From assembly GCA_964658035.1 (NCBI GenBank), contig CAZZXL010000128.1, positions 1 through 14,982 of the forward strand: DNA of 14,982 nt, given 5' to 3'. The notes beneath the pieces were generated by a model. That model was given only the letters and a program-made list of their open reading frames with translations. It did not search any database and was not told where the DNA came from. A program made the position numbers and the translations under genes. Each line of letters opens with the position of its first letter. Position 1 is the first letter of the stretch. Shown piece by piece: positions 7,633 through 14,982 of the stretch. The DNA comes from an uncultured Acetobacteraceae bacterium (GTDB taxonomy: Bacteria > Acidobacteriota > Terriglobia > Terriglobales > Acidobacteriaceae).

Positions 7633-7661
7633 TTGCTACTGCCGGCTTATCCGCATACAAT
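7633..7661 (+). promoter_or_regulatory. Near-consensus sigma70-type promoter for coaD (TTGCTA-17-TACAAT)
   Basis: -35 TTGCTA at 7633-7638, an exact 17-nt spacer and -10 TACAAT at 7656-7661. The predicted TSS is about 10-12 nt upstream of the coaD TTG start. Confidence 0.4.
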
Positions 7662-7679
7662 CCACGTGCGAGGCGACGT

Positions 7680-8192
7680 TTGCAAAAAGTCAAAGCGATC
7701 TATCCGGGAAGTTTCGATCCGACGACCAATGGGCACCTTGATGTGATCGGTCGGGCATCGCGTATTTTCGATCACCTTGTCGTCGCCGTCCTCAACAACT
7801 CCCAGAAGAGTGCGCTGTTCAGTGTGCCTGAGCGGGTGGAGATGTTGAAGGAGGCGATCGAACCTTTTGAGAATGTTTCGGTCGCGACGTTCGATGGGTT
7901 GATGGTAGATTTTGCGCGACAGCAACAGGCGCAGGCAGTCGTGCGCGGTATTCGTGCCATTAGCGATTACGAATACGAGTTCCAGATGGCGCTGATGAAT
8001 CGTCGACTGGCTCCGGAGCTGGAGACGGTGTTCATGATGCCTGCGGAGAAGTATTCGTATGTAAGTTCGCGGCTGATTAAAGAAGTGTTCCGGCTGGGCG
8101 GGTCGGTGGATGGATTAGTGCCACCGCGGATTGTGGAGCGACTAAGGGAGCGGGCGAAGCGGAACCTGGGCGAGAGTGACGGGGAGATTTAG
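7680..8192 (+). CDS. coaD: Phosphopantetheine adenylyltransferase (CoaD/PPAT)
   Basis: MQKVKAIYPGSFDPTTNGHLDVI aligns with E. coli [22 protein letters not shown], and ISDYEYEFQMALMNRRLAPELETVFMMP is conserved. A TTG start at 7680 gives 170 aa. The track ORF from 7440 overlaps the SPFH gene and is an over-extension. Confidence 0.93.
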   Translation: MQKVKAIYPGSFDPTTNGHLDVIGRASRIFDHLVVAVLNNSQKSALFSVPERVEMLKEAIEPFENVSVATFDGLMVDFARQQQAQAVVRGIRAISDYEYEFQMALMNRRLAPELETVFMMPAEKYSYVSSRLIKEVFRLGGSVDGLVPPRIVERLRERAKRNLGESDGEI

Positions 8193-8203
8193 GTGCTGCA
8201 CGT

Positions 8204-8227
8204 GCGGCGAAACGCGCTTCGCGCCGC
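8204..8227. terminator. GC-rich hairpin between convergent coaD and the HAD gene, a possible bidirectional terminator
   Basis: GCGGCGAA-ACGCGC-TTCG(CG)CCGC is an 8-10 bp GC stem with one 2-nt bulge. It lies 12 nt after the coaD stop and 55 nt after the HAD-gene stop. There are no U-tracts. Confidence 0.3.
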
Positions 8228-8281
8228 AAGAGACTGGTCCCGGCGCTCGCGGTCAATTCGCATGTCATACTGGCGCGCGAA

Positions 8282-8971
8282 TTATTTCGAGACGACGTAG
8301 AGACCCGTTGGTTTGAGCACCGGTTCGAACTCAAGTTGCAATTCGTGATCGCCCGGAAGGATGCGGACTTTCACGTCGCTGAGAGACCTGACGATGTAGT
8401 CAGCGGCTCCGAGTTCCTCCTGGCGGTGGGAGAAGAGTGTGGCCAGTACTTTGCAGCCGGCAGCTTTGCCCGCGCGGGCGCCTGAGGCTGCGTCTTCGAT
8501 TACGAGACAGTCGAGAGGATTGAGGGCGAGCAGTTCGGCACCTTTTCGATAGGGTTCCGGATCGGGCTTTCCCTTCGTGACTTTGTCCGAGGTGATGAAG
8601 TTTTCCGGGACGGCGATGCCGGCAGCCGCGAGGCGGACACGAGCCAGTTTCTCGGTGGCTGACGTGACGATGGTCCAGAACTTTTGCGGGACCGATTCGA
8701 GGATGGCTTTGACGCCTTCAAGAACTTCGAGTCCTTCGACATCTGCGATCTCGATATCTTCAATGCGCTTGAATTCGGCGTCGACTTCTTCCGGTGGTAC
8801 CAGGCTGCGGATGATCTCGAGTGCCCTCTGACCGTGGGATCGGGCCATCACTTCGGTCACGTCCAGGTGGCGGGCCCTGGCCCACTCTGCCCAACTGCGC
8901 TCGACCGAGGCAATGGAGCTGATCAATACGCCGTCCATGTCAAAGAGCAAACCACGTGTGCGGATTTTCAT
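8282..8971 (-). CDS. HAD-superfamily hydrolase, subfamily IA (beta-PGM / sugar-phosphatase-like)
   Basis: LLFDMDGVLI (DxDG motif I), TSDKVTKGKPDPEPY (motif III Lys) and EDAASGARAGKAAG (motif IV). ATG with TGAGGCAAGA upstream. A 14-nt gap after the upstream PMM gene indicates an operon. It has an unusual ~35-aa C-terminal extension. Confidence 0.85.
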   Translation of the reverse strand: MKIRTRGLLFDMDGVLISSIASVERSWAEWARARHLDVTEVMARSHGQRALEIIRSLVPPEEVDAEFKRIEDIEIADVEGLEVLEGVKAILESVPQKFWTIVTSATEKLARVRLAAAGIAVPENFITSDKVTKGKPDPEPYRKGAELLALNPLDCLVIEDAASGARAGKAAGCKVLATLFSHRQEELGAADYIVRSLSDVKVRILPGDHELQLEFEPVLKPTGLYVVSK

Positions 8972-8984
8972 TCTTGCCTCAACT

Positions 8985-10418
8985 CTACCTGCTGGCTAAC
9001 GCAAAGGTGCGGGCGGCTTCAAGCAGTGTGTGGACTGACTGCTTAGAAGTTGATTCTGAATAGATGCGCAGCAGCGGCTCGGTACCGGAGGCGCGCAGGA
9101 GAAGCCAGGTTCTTGCGGCGTTTGGTTTAGTCGCTGCTTCAGGATTGTCGAGGTAGAACTTGACGCCGTCCATGGTGTCGATTTCCTTGACTTGCATCCC
9201 TGCGAATTCGGAGGGACCAGCCTTTGCGCGAGCGATGGCGGCTTCCTTGATCGAGTTTTCGATGTGCAGATCGATGCGGCCGTAGTGGTGTTCGCCGAAC
9301 TCCTGCTGCAGGTCTTCGACGAGTTGGCCGAGGGTCTTTTTCTCTTCGGCCATGACATTGGCGAGCAGCAGGGCATTGAGAAGGCCGTCTCGCTCAGGCA
9401 GATGTTTCTTGATGCCGATGCCGCCGGATTCTTCGCCGCCAATGAGGATGTCCTGCTCGAGCATCAGGTCGCAGACGTACTTGAAGCCGATGCCGTGCTC
9501 GTAGAGTCTGCGGCCGTACTTGGCAGAGATGCGGTCGAGCATGCCGGTGGTGTTGAAGGCGCGGGTGACGTCGCCGGGCCACTTTTTGCGTTCGAGGAGC
9601 CAGCGCAGCAGGACGGAGTAGATTTTGTGAGGGTCGACGAAGTTGCCGTGCTCATCGACGGCGCCAATGCGATCGGCGTCACCATCGGTGGCGAGGCCCG
9701 CGGCGCATTTGTGCTCGATGACGGTGTCCTGCAATGCGCGGATGTGCGGCTCGATGGGCTCGGGATTGATGCCGGGGAAAAGCGGGTTGTGCTCAGCGCG
9801 GATCTGAACGTAGTCGACGCCGAGCTTGTCGAAAATGCCGGCGAGGATGCCGCTGCCGGAGCCGTACATGCAATCGATGGCGAGCTTCATACCGGACTTG
9901 GCAATGAGGTCAAGGTCGGCAAATCTGGAGATGGCTTCGACGTAGGGGGTGACGAAATCTTCTTCGGTGATGGAGGCTTTTTGCGGGGTTTGCGGTAAGG
10001 AGGCACCGAGATAGGTCTCGATTTTCGAGATGATGGCCGGGCTGCCGGAGCCGCCGTAGCTGGCCTTGTATTTCACGCCATTCCACTGGAAAGGATTGTG
10101 GCTGGAGGTGATCATGATGCCGCCGGCAGCGCCTGAATGGAGGACTGCATGCGAGAGAGCCGGTGTAGGGGTGATGCGGTCGGAGAGGCGAACGGGTATG
10201 CCGGCTGATGCGGCTACGTCGGCTACCACTTTTGCGAAGTCACGGGAGCCGAAGCGGGTGTCATAGCCGATGCAGATGCCGTGGGATGGATCTTCATTTT
10301 CGAGGACGTACTTCGCGATGGCGGCGGCGGCAATGCGGACGTTCGCGAAAGTAAAATCGTCGGCGATCAGGCCACGCCAGCCGTCCGTTCCGAACTTGAT
10401 GGTGGATTGGGTTTCCAT
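8985..10418 (-). CDS. manB: Phosphomannomutase/phosphoglucomutase (alpha-D-phosphohexomutase, COG1109)
   Basis: FGTDGWRG, the active-site Ser loop TSSHNP, the metal loop ATDGDADR and the sugar loop GEESGG are present. It is adjacent to a GDP-mannose pyrophosphorylase gene. Confidence 0.9.
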   Translation of the reverse strand: METQSTIKFGTDGWRGLIADDFTFANVRIAAAAIAKYVLENEDPSHGICIGYDTRFGSRDFAKVVADVAASAGIPVRLSDRITPTPALSHAVLHSGAAGGIMITSSHNPFQWNGVKYKASYGGSGSPAIISKIETYLGASLPQTPQKASITEEDFVTPYVEAISRFADLDLIAKSGMKLAIDCMYGSGSGILAGIFDKLGVDYVQIRAEHNPLFPGINPEPIEPHIRALQDTVIEHKCAAGLATDGDADRIGAVDEHGNFVDPHKIYSVLLRWLLERKKWPGDVTRAFNTTGMLDRISAKYGRRLYEHGIGFKYVCDLMLEQDILIGGEESGGIGIKKHLPERDGLLNALLLANVMAEEKKTLGQLVEDLQQEFGEHHYGRIDLHIENSIKEAAIARAKAGPSEFAGMQVKEIDTMDGVKFYLDNPEAATKPNAARTWLLLRASGTEPLLRIYSESTSKQSVHTLLEAARTFALASR

Positions 10419-10547
10419 ACAGGTTGCTTCTTCTTTCTTGGGGTTCGCGGTTTGTTGGACGGCGGGTGTGGCGACCGGAAGAAACGCAGCTCCTTTGATT
10501 TCGCTGCGCTGGCAAGTCCAATTTGGGGCTCAGGAAGACAGTTTCTG

Positions 10548-11666
10548 CTAAATAAGCTTCGTCTTTTTTTGCAATGCCAGTTCTTTCACGATTTTGCCGA
10601 CATCCTGTGAACGATCGCGGGAAGTGATGAGGAGGGCGTCGCCGGTATCGACGACTACCAGGTTGTCGACGCCGACGATGGCGACGAACTTCTCCGGGCT
10701 GTAAACATAATTGCCATTGGCTTCAATGTAGAGAGTGTCAGCGGCTTCTGTAATGTTGATGGCTGCCGGACCATGGCCGTCGTGGCCGGACTTGTGCTCA
10801 TAGAGCGCAGCCCAGGAGCCTAGATCGTTCCAGCCGAATTCGGCCGGCAGGCAGTACATGTTGGAGTGTTCTTCGCCTTTGGCGGAGCGTGGTTCGAGCA
10901 CGGCGTAATCAATGCTGATGTTCTCGCACTGTGGATAGAGTTCAGCGAAGATATGCGAGAACTGCGGTGTGTTGTAGGCGTTGGCAATTTGTTCGAGCAG
11001 CTTTGCCGTGACCGGCAGATGTTCGCGAAGGCCGTTGGCGAGGGTGGTGGCGCTCCATAGAAAAATGCCGGAATTCCAGTAGAAATTTCCCTTGGCGACG
11101 AACTGCTCGGCGGTGGCGCGATCCGGTTTTTCGGTAAAGCGGCGCACGCGTGTCACACCCGGCTTGATGGCGCCGCCCGTTTCGATGTAGCCGTAGCCGG
11201 TTTCAGCGCGGGTGGGCTGCAGGCCGATGACGACCATATTTTCCCCGGCGCCCGCGATGTCAATGCCCTGCTGCAGTACGTTCAGGAAGGCAGGCTCGTT
11301 GGCGATGACGTGGTCTGCCGGAAAGATGCCGATGATTGCGTGTGGGGCAGTCTTCTCCAAAATGAACGCTGCCAGACCGGCGGCCGGGGCAGTGTTGCGG
11401 GCGGCCGGTTCACAGAGGATCTGCTGTGCCGGCAGACTTTCGAGCTGGTCAGAGATAGTCTTTGCGAGAAGGTCATTGGTGATGACCCAGACTTCAGAGG
11501 CTGCAGCAAGGGGTGCAAGACGATCGACCGTGCTCTGGATCATGGTGCGGGCGCCGTCAAGGGCGAGGACCTGTTTTGCCCGTGCTTTGCGGCTGCGCGG
11601 CCAGAAGCGGGTGCCACTGCCGCCGGCAAGGATTACAGGTCTGAAGTCATGAGAATCAGCCGTCAT
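10548..11666 (-). CDS. manC: Mannose-1-phosphate guanylyltransferase (GDP-mannose pyrophosphorylase)
   Basis: N-terminal ILAGGSGTRFWPRSR...KQ nucleotidyltransferase signature, with conserved NDL...I and PADHVI blocks. At ~372 aa it is the short form, without a full C-terminal cupin/PMI domain. Confidence 0.85.
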   Translation of the reverse strand: MTADSHDFRPVILAGGSGTRFWPRSRKARAKQVLALDGARTMIQSTVDRLAPLAAASEVWVITNDLLAKTISDQLESLPAQQILCEPAARNTAPAAGLAAFILEKTAPHAIIGIFPADHVIANEPAFLNVLQQGIDIAGAGENMVVIGLQPTRAETGYGYIETGGAIKPGVTRVRRFTEKPDRATAEQFVAKGNFYWNSGIFLWSATTLANGLREHLPVTAKLLEQIANAYNTPQFSHIFAELYPQCENISIDYAVLEPRSAKGEEHSNMYCLPAEFGWNDLGSWAALYEHKSGHDGHGPAAINITEAADTLYIEANGNYVYSPEKFVAIVGVDNLVVVDTGDALLITSRDRSQDVGKIVKELALQKKTKLI

Positions 11667-11789
11667 CTGTCCATCTTAGCGAATAGCCCTGGAAATGTGA
11701 TGACACAAAAGGTTAGAGCGGCGGAACCAGAGTGCATCCGGAGGTGATCGGTCATGCCGGGTCCGTCTTTGCCCGGCTTCTGCGAGAGT

Positions 11790-11827
11790 AGTTGCCGCCC
11801 GTTTGCTCATAACTCGTGGCGGCAACT
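11790..11827. other. 10-bp stem / 18-nt loop hairpin (AGTTGCCGCC...GGCGGCAACT) between aspC-like and manC
   Basis: Read directly from the sequence. A second smaller hairpin (CCGGG-N10-CCCGG) lies just upstream at ~11757-11778. Neither has a U-tail. Confidence 0.3.
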
Positions 11828-11864
11828 GTGCTTCGACCGGGATAACAGATTGATCTCTTGATCT

Positions 11865-13091
11865 TCAGCTGAGTTTGCTGAAGAAGTCTTTCATGCGTTT
11901 CGCGCCTTCTTCGACATCATCGTGCGATACGGCGTAGGAGAGGCGGATGTGTTCCTTCGTTCCAAAGGCTTCGCCGGGAACGGCTACGACATGTGCTTCA
12001 TTTAGCAGCTTCGTCGCCAGGTGCGTGGCGGACTGGATGCCGCCCCTGCCGATGTAGGAGGAAATATTCGGGTATGCGTAAAACGCGCCTTCCGGCACCG
12101 TGCAGGTGATGCCGGGAATTTCACTTAGGCGGGCGAGGATGCGGTCGCGCAGGTGAAGATAGTCGCCGCGCATCTCGGTGACGCATTCCTGTGAGCCGGT
12201 AAGAGCGGCGATGGACGCTTTTTGCACGAGCGACGTGGTTGAAGAGGTCGACTGGCTCTGCAGTTTGCTCATGGCGGCGATGACTGCCTTTGGCCCTAAT
12301 GCGAAGCCGGCGCGCCAGCCGGTCATGGCGTAGGTCTTCGACAGCGAGCCCAGTACGATGACGTGCTCTTTGGCGTCCACAAAGGAGCCGCCGGAGATAG
12401 GCGCGCCCTTGTACTGCAGGTAGACATAGCATTCATCGAGCAGCAGGAAGATTTTCCGGGAATGGGCGAGCTCGACGATTTTCTCGAGATCTTCCGGAGA
12501 CACGACGGAACCGGCGGGGTTGGACGGTGAGTTGAGAATGATGACCTTGGTCTTCGGCGTGATGGCCTTCTCGATGGCTTCGGCGGTGATGCGGAAGTTC
12601 TCTGACTCCTGCGTCTGCAGGAGGACGACTTTGCCGCCGGCGAACTGGATGATGTCCTTGAACGAAACCCAGTAGGGCACGGGGAGGATGACTTCATCGC
12701 CGTGGTCGACGAGCACTTCGATGGCATTGAAGAGAGCAAGCTTGCCGCCGGTGGTGAAAACGGCTTCTTCTACCGCGTAGTTCGAGCCAAAATCGGTGCC
12801 ATGGCGATCGACGATGGCCTTGCGGACTTCGGGGATACCGGACACTACCGTGTAGCGCGAGAAGTTGCTCTCGATGGCCGCGATGGCAGCATCCTTGATG
12901 TGCCGGGGGGTGGCAAAGTGCGGCTCACCCGCTCCGAAATCGACCAGCTTTGCCCCCTGTGCGCGCAACTTGGATGCCTCGGCCGTGACAGCCATGGTCG
13001 CGGAGACCTCGATGCGGTCGATGCGGTCCGCGAAGATCTTCCTGGTGGTCGTGGTCGGGGCGGCGGAGGGGACGGCTGTCGTTGCGCTCAT
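11865..13091 (-). CDS. Class I PLP-dependent aminotransferase (aspartate aminotransferase family)
   Basis: NSPSNPAG and the Lys-containing LGSLSKTYAMTGWRAG are AAT family I signatures. The N-terminal FADRIDRIEVSATMAVTAEASKLRAQG...GAGEPHFATP matches Thermus-type AspAT. Confidence 0.88.
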   Translation of the reverse strand: MSATTAVPSAAPTTTTRKIFADRIDRIEVSATMAVTAEASKLRAQGAKLVDFGAGEPHFATPRHIKDAAIAAIESNFSRYTVVSGIPEVRKAIVDRHGTDFGSNYAVEEAVFTTGGKLALFNAIEVLVDHGDEVILPVPYWVSFKDIIQFAGGKVVLLQTQESENFRITAEAIEKAITPKTKVIILNSPSNPAGSVVSPEDLEKIVELAHSRKIFLLLDECYVYLQYKGAPISGGSFVDAKEHVIVLGSLSKTYAMTGWRAGFALGPKAVIAAMSKLQSQSTSSTTSLVQKASIAALTGSQECVTEMRGDYLHLRDRILARLSEIPGITCTVPEGAFYAYPNISSYIGRGGIQSATHLATKLLNEAHVVAVPGEAFGTKEHIRLSYAVSHDDVEEGAKRMKDFFSKLS

Positions 13092-13225
13092 GCCTATATT
13101 GTGTCAGATTCGGCGAATGGGCGCGCGGGAAATGGTCTTGCGCGGAACAGGCGGGCTCCTTCGATCTGGCTCAGACGACCTGGCTCAGAATGGCCCAGCC
13201 AAGCTGACTATTGACCATTCTTGAA

Positions 13226-13248
13226 GTGATATCGTGCGTGTATATCAC
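13226..13248 (+). promoter_or_regulatory. Inverted repeat GTGATAT-N9-ATATCAC 9 nt upstream of vapB, a candidate RHH (VapB) operator
   Basis: 7-bp perfect arms read from the sequence. RHH antitoxins autoregulate by binding inverted repeats of this kind. TTGACC at 13211 and TATATC at 13241 are the nearby -35/-10-like hexamers, but their spacing is non-canonical. Confidence 0.4.
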
Positions 13249-13256
13249 CGGAGCGG

Positions 13257-13484
13257 ATGATGCGTACATTGGTGGACATTCCGGAAAAGCAGCTCGAGGC
13301 GCTCACCCAGTTGAGCCAACAGCGCAAGACTTCACGAGCGGCGCTGGTGCGCGAAGCGGTGTCAAGGTATCTCGAGGAGAACAGCAAGGCAGCGCGGAGT
13401 GCCGCTTTCGGTCTCTGGAAAGACCGGGACATCGATGGACTCACGTATCAGAAGAACATCCGAGCCGATTGGGATGAGCGTTGA
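13257..13484 (+). CDS. vapB: Ribbon-helix-helix (CopG/VapB-type) antitoxin
   Basis: RTLVDIPEKQLEALTQLSQQRKTSRAALVREAVSRYLEE is a canonical RHH beta-strand/helix-helix. GGAG SD. The second ATG at 13260 has better spacing. The stop TGA overlaps the vapC TTG start (TTGA). Confidence 0.85.
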   Translation: MMRTLVDIPEKQLEALTQLSQQRKTSRAALVREAVSRYLEENSKAARSAAFGLWKDRDIDGLTYQKNIRADWDER

Positions 13485-13843
13485 GCGTCCTCTTCGACAC
13501 CAACATACTGATCGATTGCCTGATGGGACATGTGCCTGCTGTCGAGCAATTGAACCTCTATTCGGCATCTGCCATCAGCGTCGTGAACTGGATGGAAGTG
13601 ATGTCGGGTGCAGGGCAGGGTGACGAAGCCAACATATGCCGACGCTTCCTCGCTCAATTTCGCTGCCTGGATGTGGACGGGCGCGTTGCCGAGGAAGCCG
13701 CGCACCTGCGGAAGACCCTGAAACTGAACTTGCCAGATGCTGTAATCCTGGCGACGGCGCGAACCCATCAGGCAGTTCTGATCACAAGAGACCCTGCTTT
13801 TCCGGCAGACATGCCGGGCATTCGGATTCCCTACCGGTTGTAG
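13481..13843 (+). CDS. vapC: PIN-domain ribonuclease toxin VapC
   Basis: MSVLFDTNILIDCL (first Asp), ...E..., DAVILATARTHQAVLITRD (third/fourth acidic). 120 aa. The TTG start has 4-nt overlap coupling with vapB. The 3' end overlaps convergent kdsB by 13 nt. Confidence 0.85.
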   Translation: MSVLFDTNILIDCLMGHVPAVEQLNLYSASAISVVNWMEVMSGAGQGDEANICRRFLAQFRCLDVDGRVAEEAAHLRKTLKLNLPDAVILATARTHQAVLITRDPAFPADMPGIRIPYRL

Positions 13844-14604
13844 CGTCCTTGCCGTCCGAGGAGATATTCTTCCGCCCGAGCCAGGTCTTCGGCTGTGTCG
13901 ACCCCGATCGTCATGCGGTCAGTCGGCTCGACGTAAAGGTTCATGCCATTTTCAAGCATGCGGAGTTGTTCGAGCTTCTCGATCTTTTCGAGGGAGCTTG
14001 GCAGTAGTGCGGCGAAACGGGCGAGCGCTGCCTTGCGATACGCGTAGAGGCCAAGGTGTTTGCGGTACGCGGGTGTTTCGGTGTTGTCGCGATCGAAGGG
14101 GATGGTGGCACGTGAAAAGTAGAGGGCGCGTCCATCCGCGGCTGTGACTACTTTGACAACGTTGGGGTTGGTGACGTCAGAGGGTGAGCAGGGAGTGGAA
14201 AGCGTGGTGGCGTCAGCAGCACTTTGGTGACGAAGAAAGGGGCGAAGAAGCGCGTCTATGTGGTCGGGATGGAGGAGTGGTTCATCGCCCTGAATATTGA
14301 TGTAGATATCGGCGTTGCAGTCGGGATCAAGGGAGAGCGCGTGGACGCGGTCGCTTCCACTGGCCAGGGCGGCCGAAGTCATGCGTGTGTCCCATCCATG
14401 AGCGAGGCCAGCATCCATAACTTCTTCTGCGTCTGTAGCAATGATGACGCGATCCAGTTGTGGGCAGGCTTTAGCGGCCGCATAGACCCAGGCAAGCATG
14501 GGTTTTCCGGCGATGGGCAGCAGTACTTTTCCCGGCAGGCGCGTGGAGGCGAGGCGCGCGGGGATGATGGCGATAATACGGGTTCTCTGTTCGGACGGTT
14601 CCAT
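13831..14604 (-). CDS. kdsB: 3-deoxy-manno-octulosonate cytidylyltransferase (CMP-Kdo synthetase)
   Basis: IIAIIPARLASTRLPGKVLL, IYINIQGDEPLL, NPNVVKVV...GRALYFSRATIPFDRD, HLGLYAYR and GVDTAEDL align along the whole length with E. coli KdsB. The start is placed at ATG 14604 (MEPSEQRTRIIAIIPAR). The track TTG start at 14739 would abut the tRNA gene and read through the tRNA promoter. Confidence 0.9.
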   Translation of the reverse strand: MEPSEQRTRIIAIIPARLASTRLPGKVLLPIAGKPMLAWVYAAAKACPQLDRVIIATDAEEVMDAGLAHGWDTRMTSAALASGSDRVHALSLDPDCNADIYINIQGDEPLLHPDHIDALLRPFLRHQSAADATTLSTPCSPSDVTNPNVVKVVTAADGRALYFSRATIPFDRDNTETPAYRKHLGLYAYRKAALARFAALLPSSLEKIEKLEQLRMLENGMNLYVEPTDRMTIGVDTAEDLARAEEYLLGRQGRYNR

Positions 14605-14661
14605 CAGTGGATGATGGTAACAAGTTTCAAGGTGGACGCTGGAGTGAAGGAGCAAGGCACG

Positions 14662-14690
14662 TTGACGCAGGCTGGATGGCTCCGTATCAT
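14662..14690 (+). promoter_or_regulatory. Candidate promoter for the tRNA gene (TTGACG-17-TATCAT)
   Basis: -35 TTGACG at 14662-14667, an exact 17-nt spacer and -10 TATCAT at 14685-14690, giving a ~45-nt leader before the mature tRNA 5' end. Confidence 0.35.
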
Positions 14691-14741
14691 CGGAGATGGC
14701 CGGTAGCCGCCCAGGCACCGAGGTTCCGCGTTCCTTCAATC

Positions 14742-14818
14742 GGCGGTGTAGCTCAGATGGTTAGAGCGACGGACTCATAACCCGTAGGTCGACAGTTCGA
14801 TCCTGTCCACCGCCACCA
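14742..14818 (+). tRNA. tRNA with CAU anticodon: elongator tRNA-Met (or tRNA-Ile2/lysidine), not an initiator (G1-C72 paired), with encoded CCA
   Basis: Cloverleaf read by eye: acceptor GGCGGTG/CACCGCC; D-arm GCTC-AGATGGTTA-GAGC; anticodon stem-loop ACGGA-CTCATAA-CCCGT with one A-C mispair at 31-39; variable loop AGGTC; T-arm GACAG-TTCGATC-CTGTC; discriminator A then CCA. Confidence 0.9.
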
Positions 14819-14982
14819 GTTCAGGATTCCTGCCGTAGTGCGGAGGATTTGTAGTGGTTGAACGTCCAGGCTTTCGAGGCCAGTTTGACTTCAATCGTCG
14901 CATCGGCAATTCACAGAACCTGCGTTGTACCAGTCGGTCGATCAGAACTACTCGAGAAGGGAAGCCTGGATCCAATCCTTGC

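Noticed and set aside
7440-7679. 80-aa N-terminal extension of the coaD ORF in the track (start 7440)
   Set aside because: It overlaps the 3' end of the SPFH gene by 79 nt, and the extension is Ala/Arg-rich junk. The homologous PPAT N-terminus (MQKVKAIYPG) begins at TTG 7680, right after a TTGCTA-17-TACAAT promoter.
14605-14739. 45-aa N-terminal extension of kdsB (TTG start at 14739)
   Set aside because: It would put the start codon 2 nt from the tRNA gene and inside the tRNA promoter. E. coli KdsB starts about 5 aa before IIPAR, matching ATG 14604.
41-14818. Idea that the left-end repeats and the right-end tRNA mark a tRNA-integrated genomic island
   Set aside because: The repeat unit shares no sequence with the tRNA 3' half. 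There is no integrase or mobility gene. The interior is core housekeeping (recA, coaD, kdsB, thyX, aspC) with uniform GC.
14775-14975. 66-aa minus-strand ORF
   Set aside because: It overlaps the tRNA gene and its 3' flank, and it has no RBS or recognisable product.

Overview
This looks like a GC-rich (~60%) chromosomal segment, consistent with an Acidobacteria-like genome, and it is dominated by housekeeping genes. By orientation and left-to-right position the genes are: fabG-like SDR reductase (-), DUF2071 protein (-), tandem-domain ThyX (+), recA (+), DinB/YfiT-like protein (+), an orphan 3' vapC (PIN) remnant (+), SPFH/band-7 membrane protein (+), coaD (+), HAD phosphatase (-), phosphomannomutase/PGM (-), mannose-1-P guanylyltransferase (-), class-I aspartate aminotransferase (-), an intact vapBC toxin-antitoxin pair (+), kdsB (-) and a tRNA(CAU) gene (+). 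I found no integrase, transposase, CRISPR array or obvious defence island. All large antisense ORFs in the track look like GC-rich shadow frames. The non-routine items are listed here. (1) A fused double-domain ThyX whose two halves have lost complementary active-site motifs (RHR/Ser in the first half, NAR Arg in the second). (2) A tandem 2x92-bp repeat with internal perfect hairpins, plus a decayed third copy, downstream of fabG. (3) A vapC fragment lacking its N-terminus and antitoxin, sitting next to recA-dinB-like. (4) An in-frame two-TM extension and a start-stop mini-ORF ahead of the SPFH gene. (5) Candidate operator-like palindromes upstream of thyX (CTGT-N8-ACAG) and recA (GTAC-N7-GTAC overlapping a predicted promoter). 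(6) Several over-extended ORFs in the six-frame track whose true starts can be placed from homology and RBS. I do not see convincing evidence of a novel multi-gene system in this window; the ThyX architecture is the single most interesting signal.
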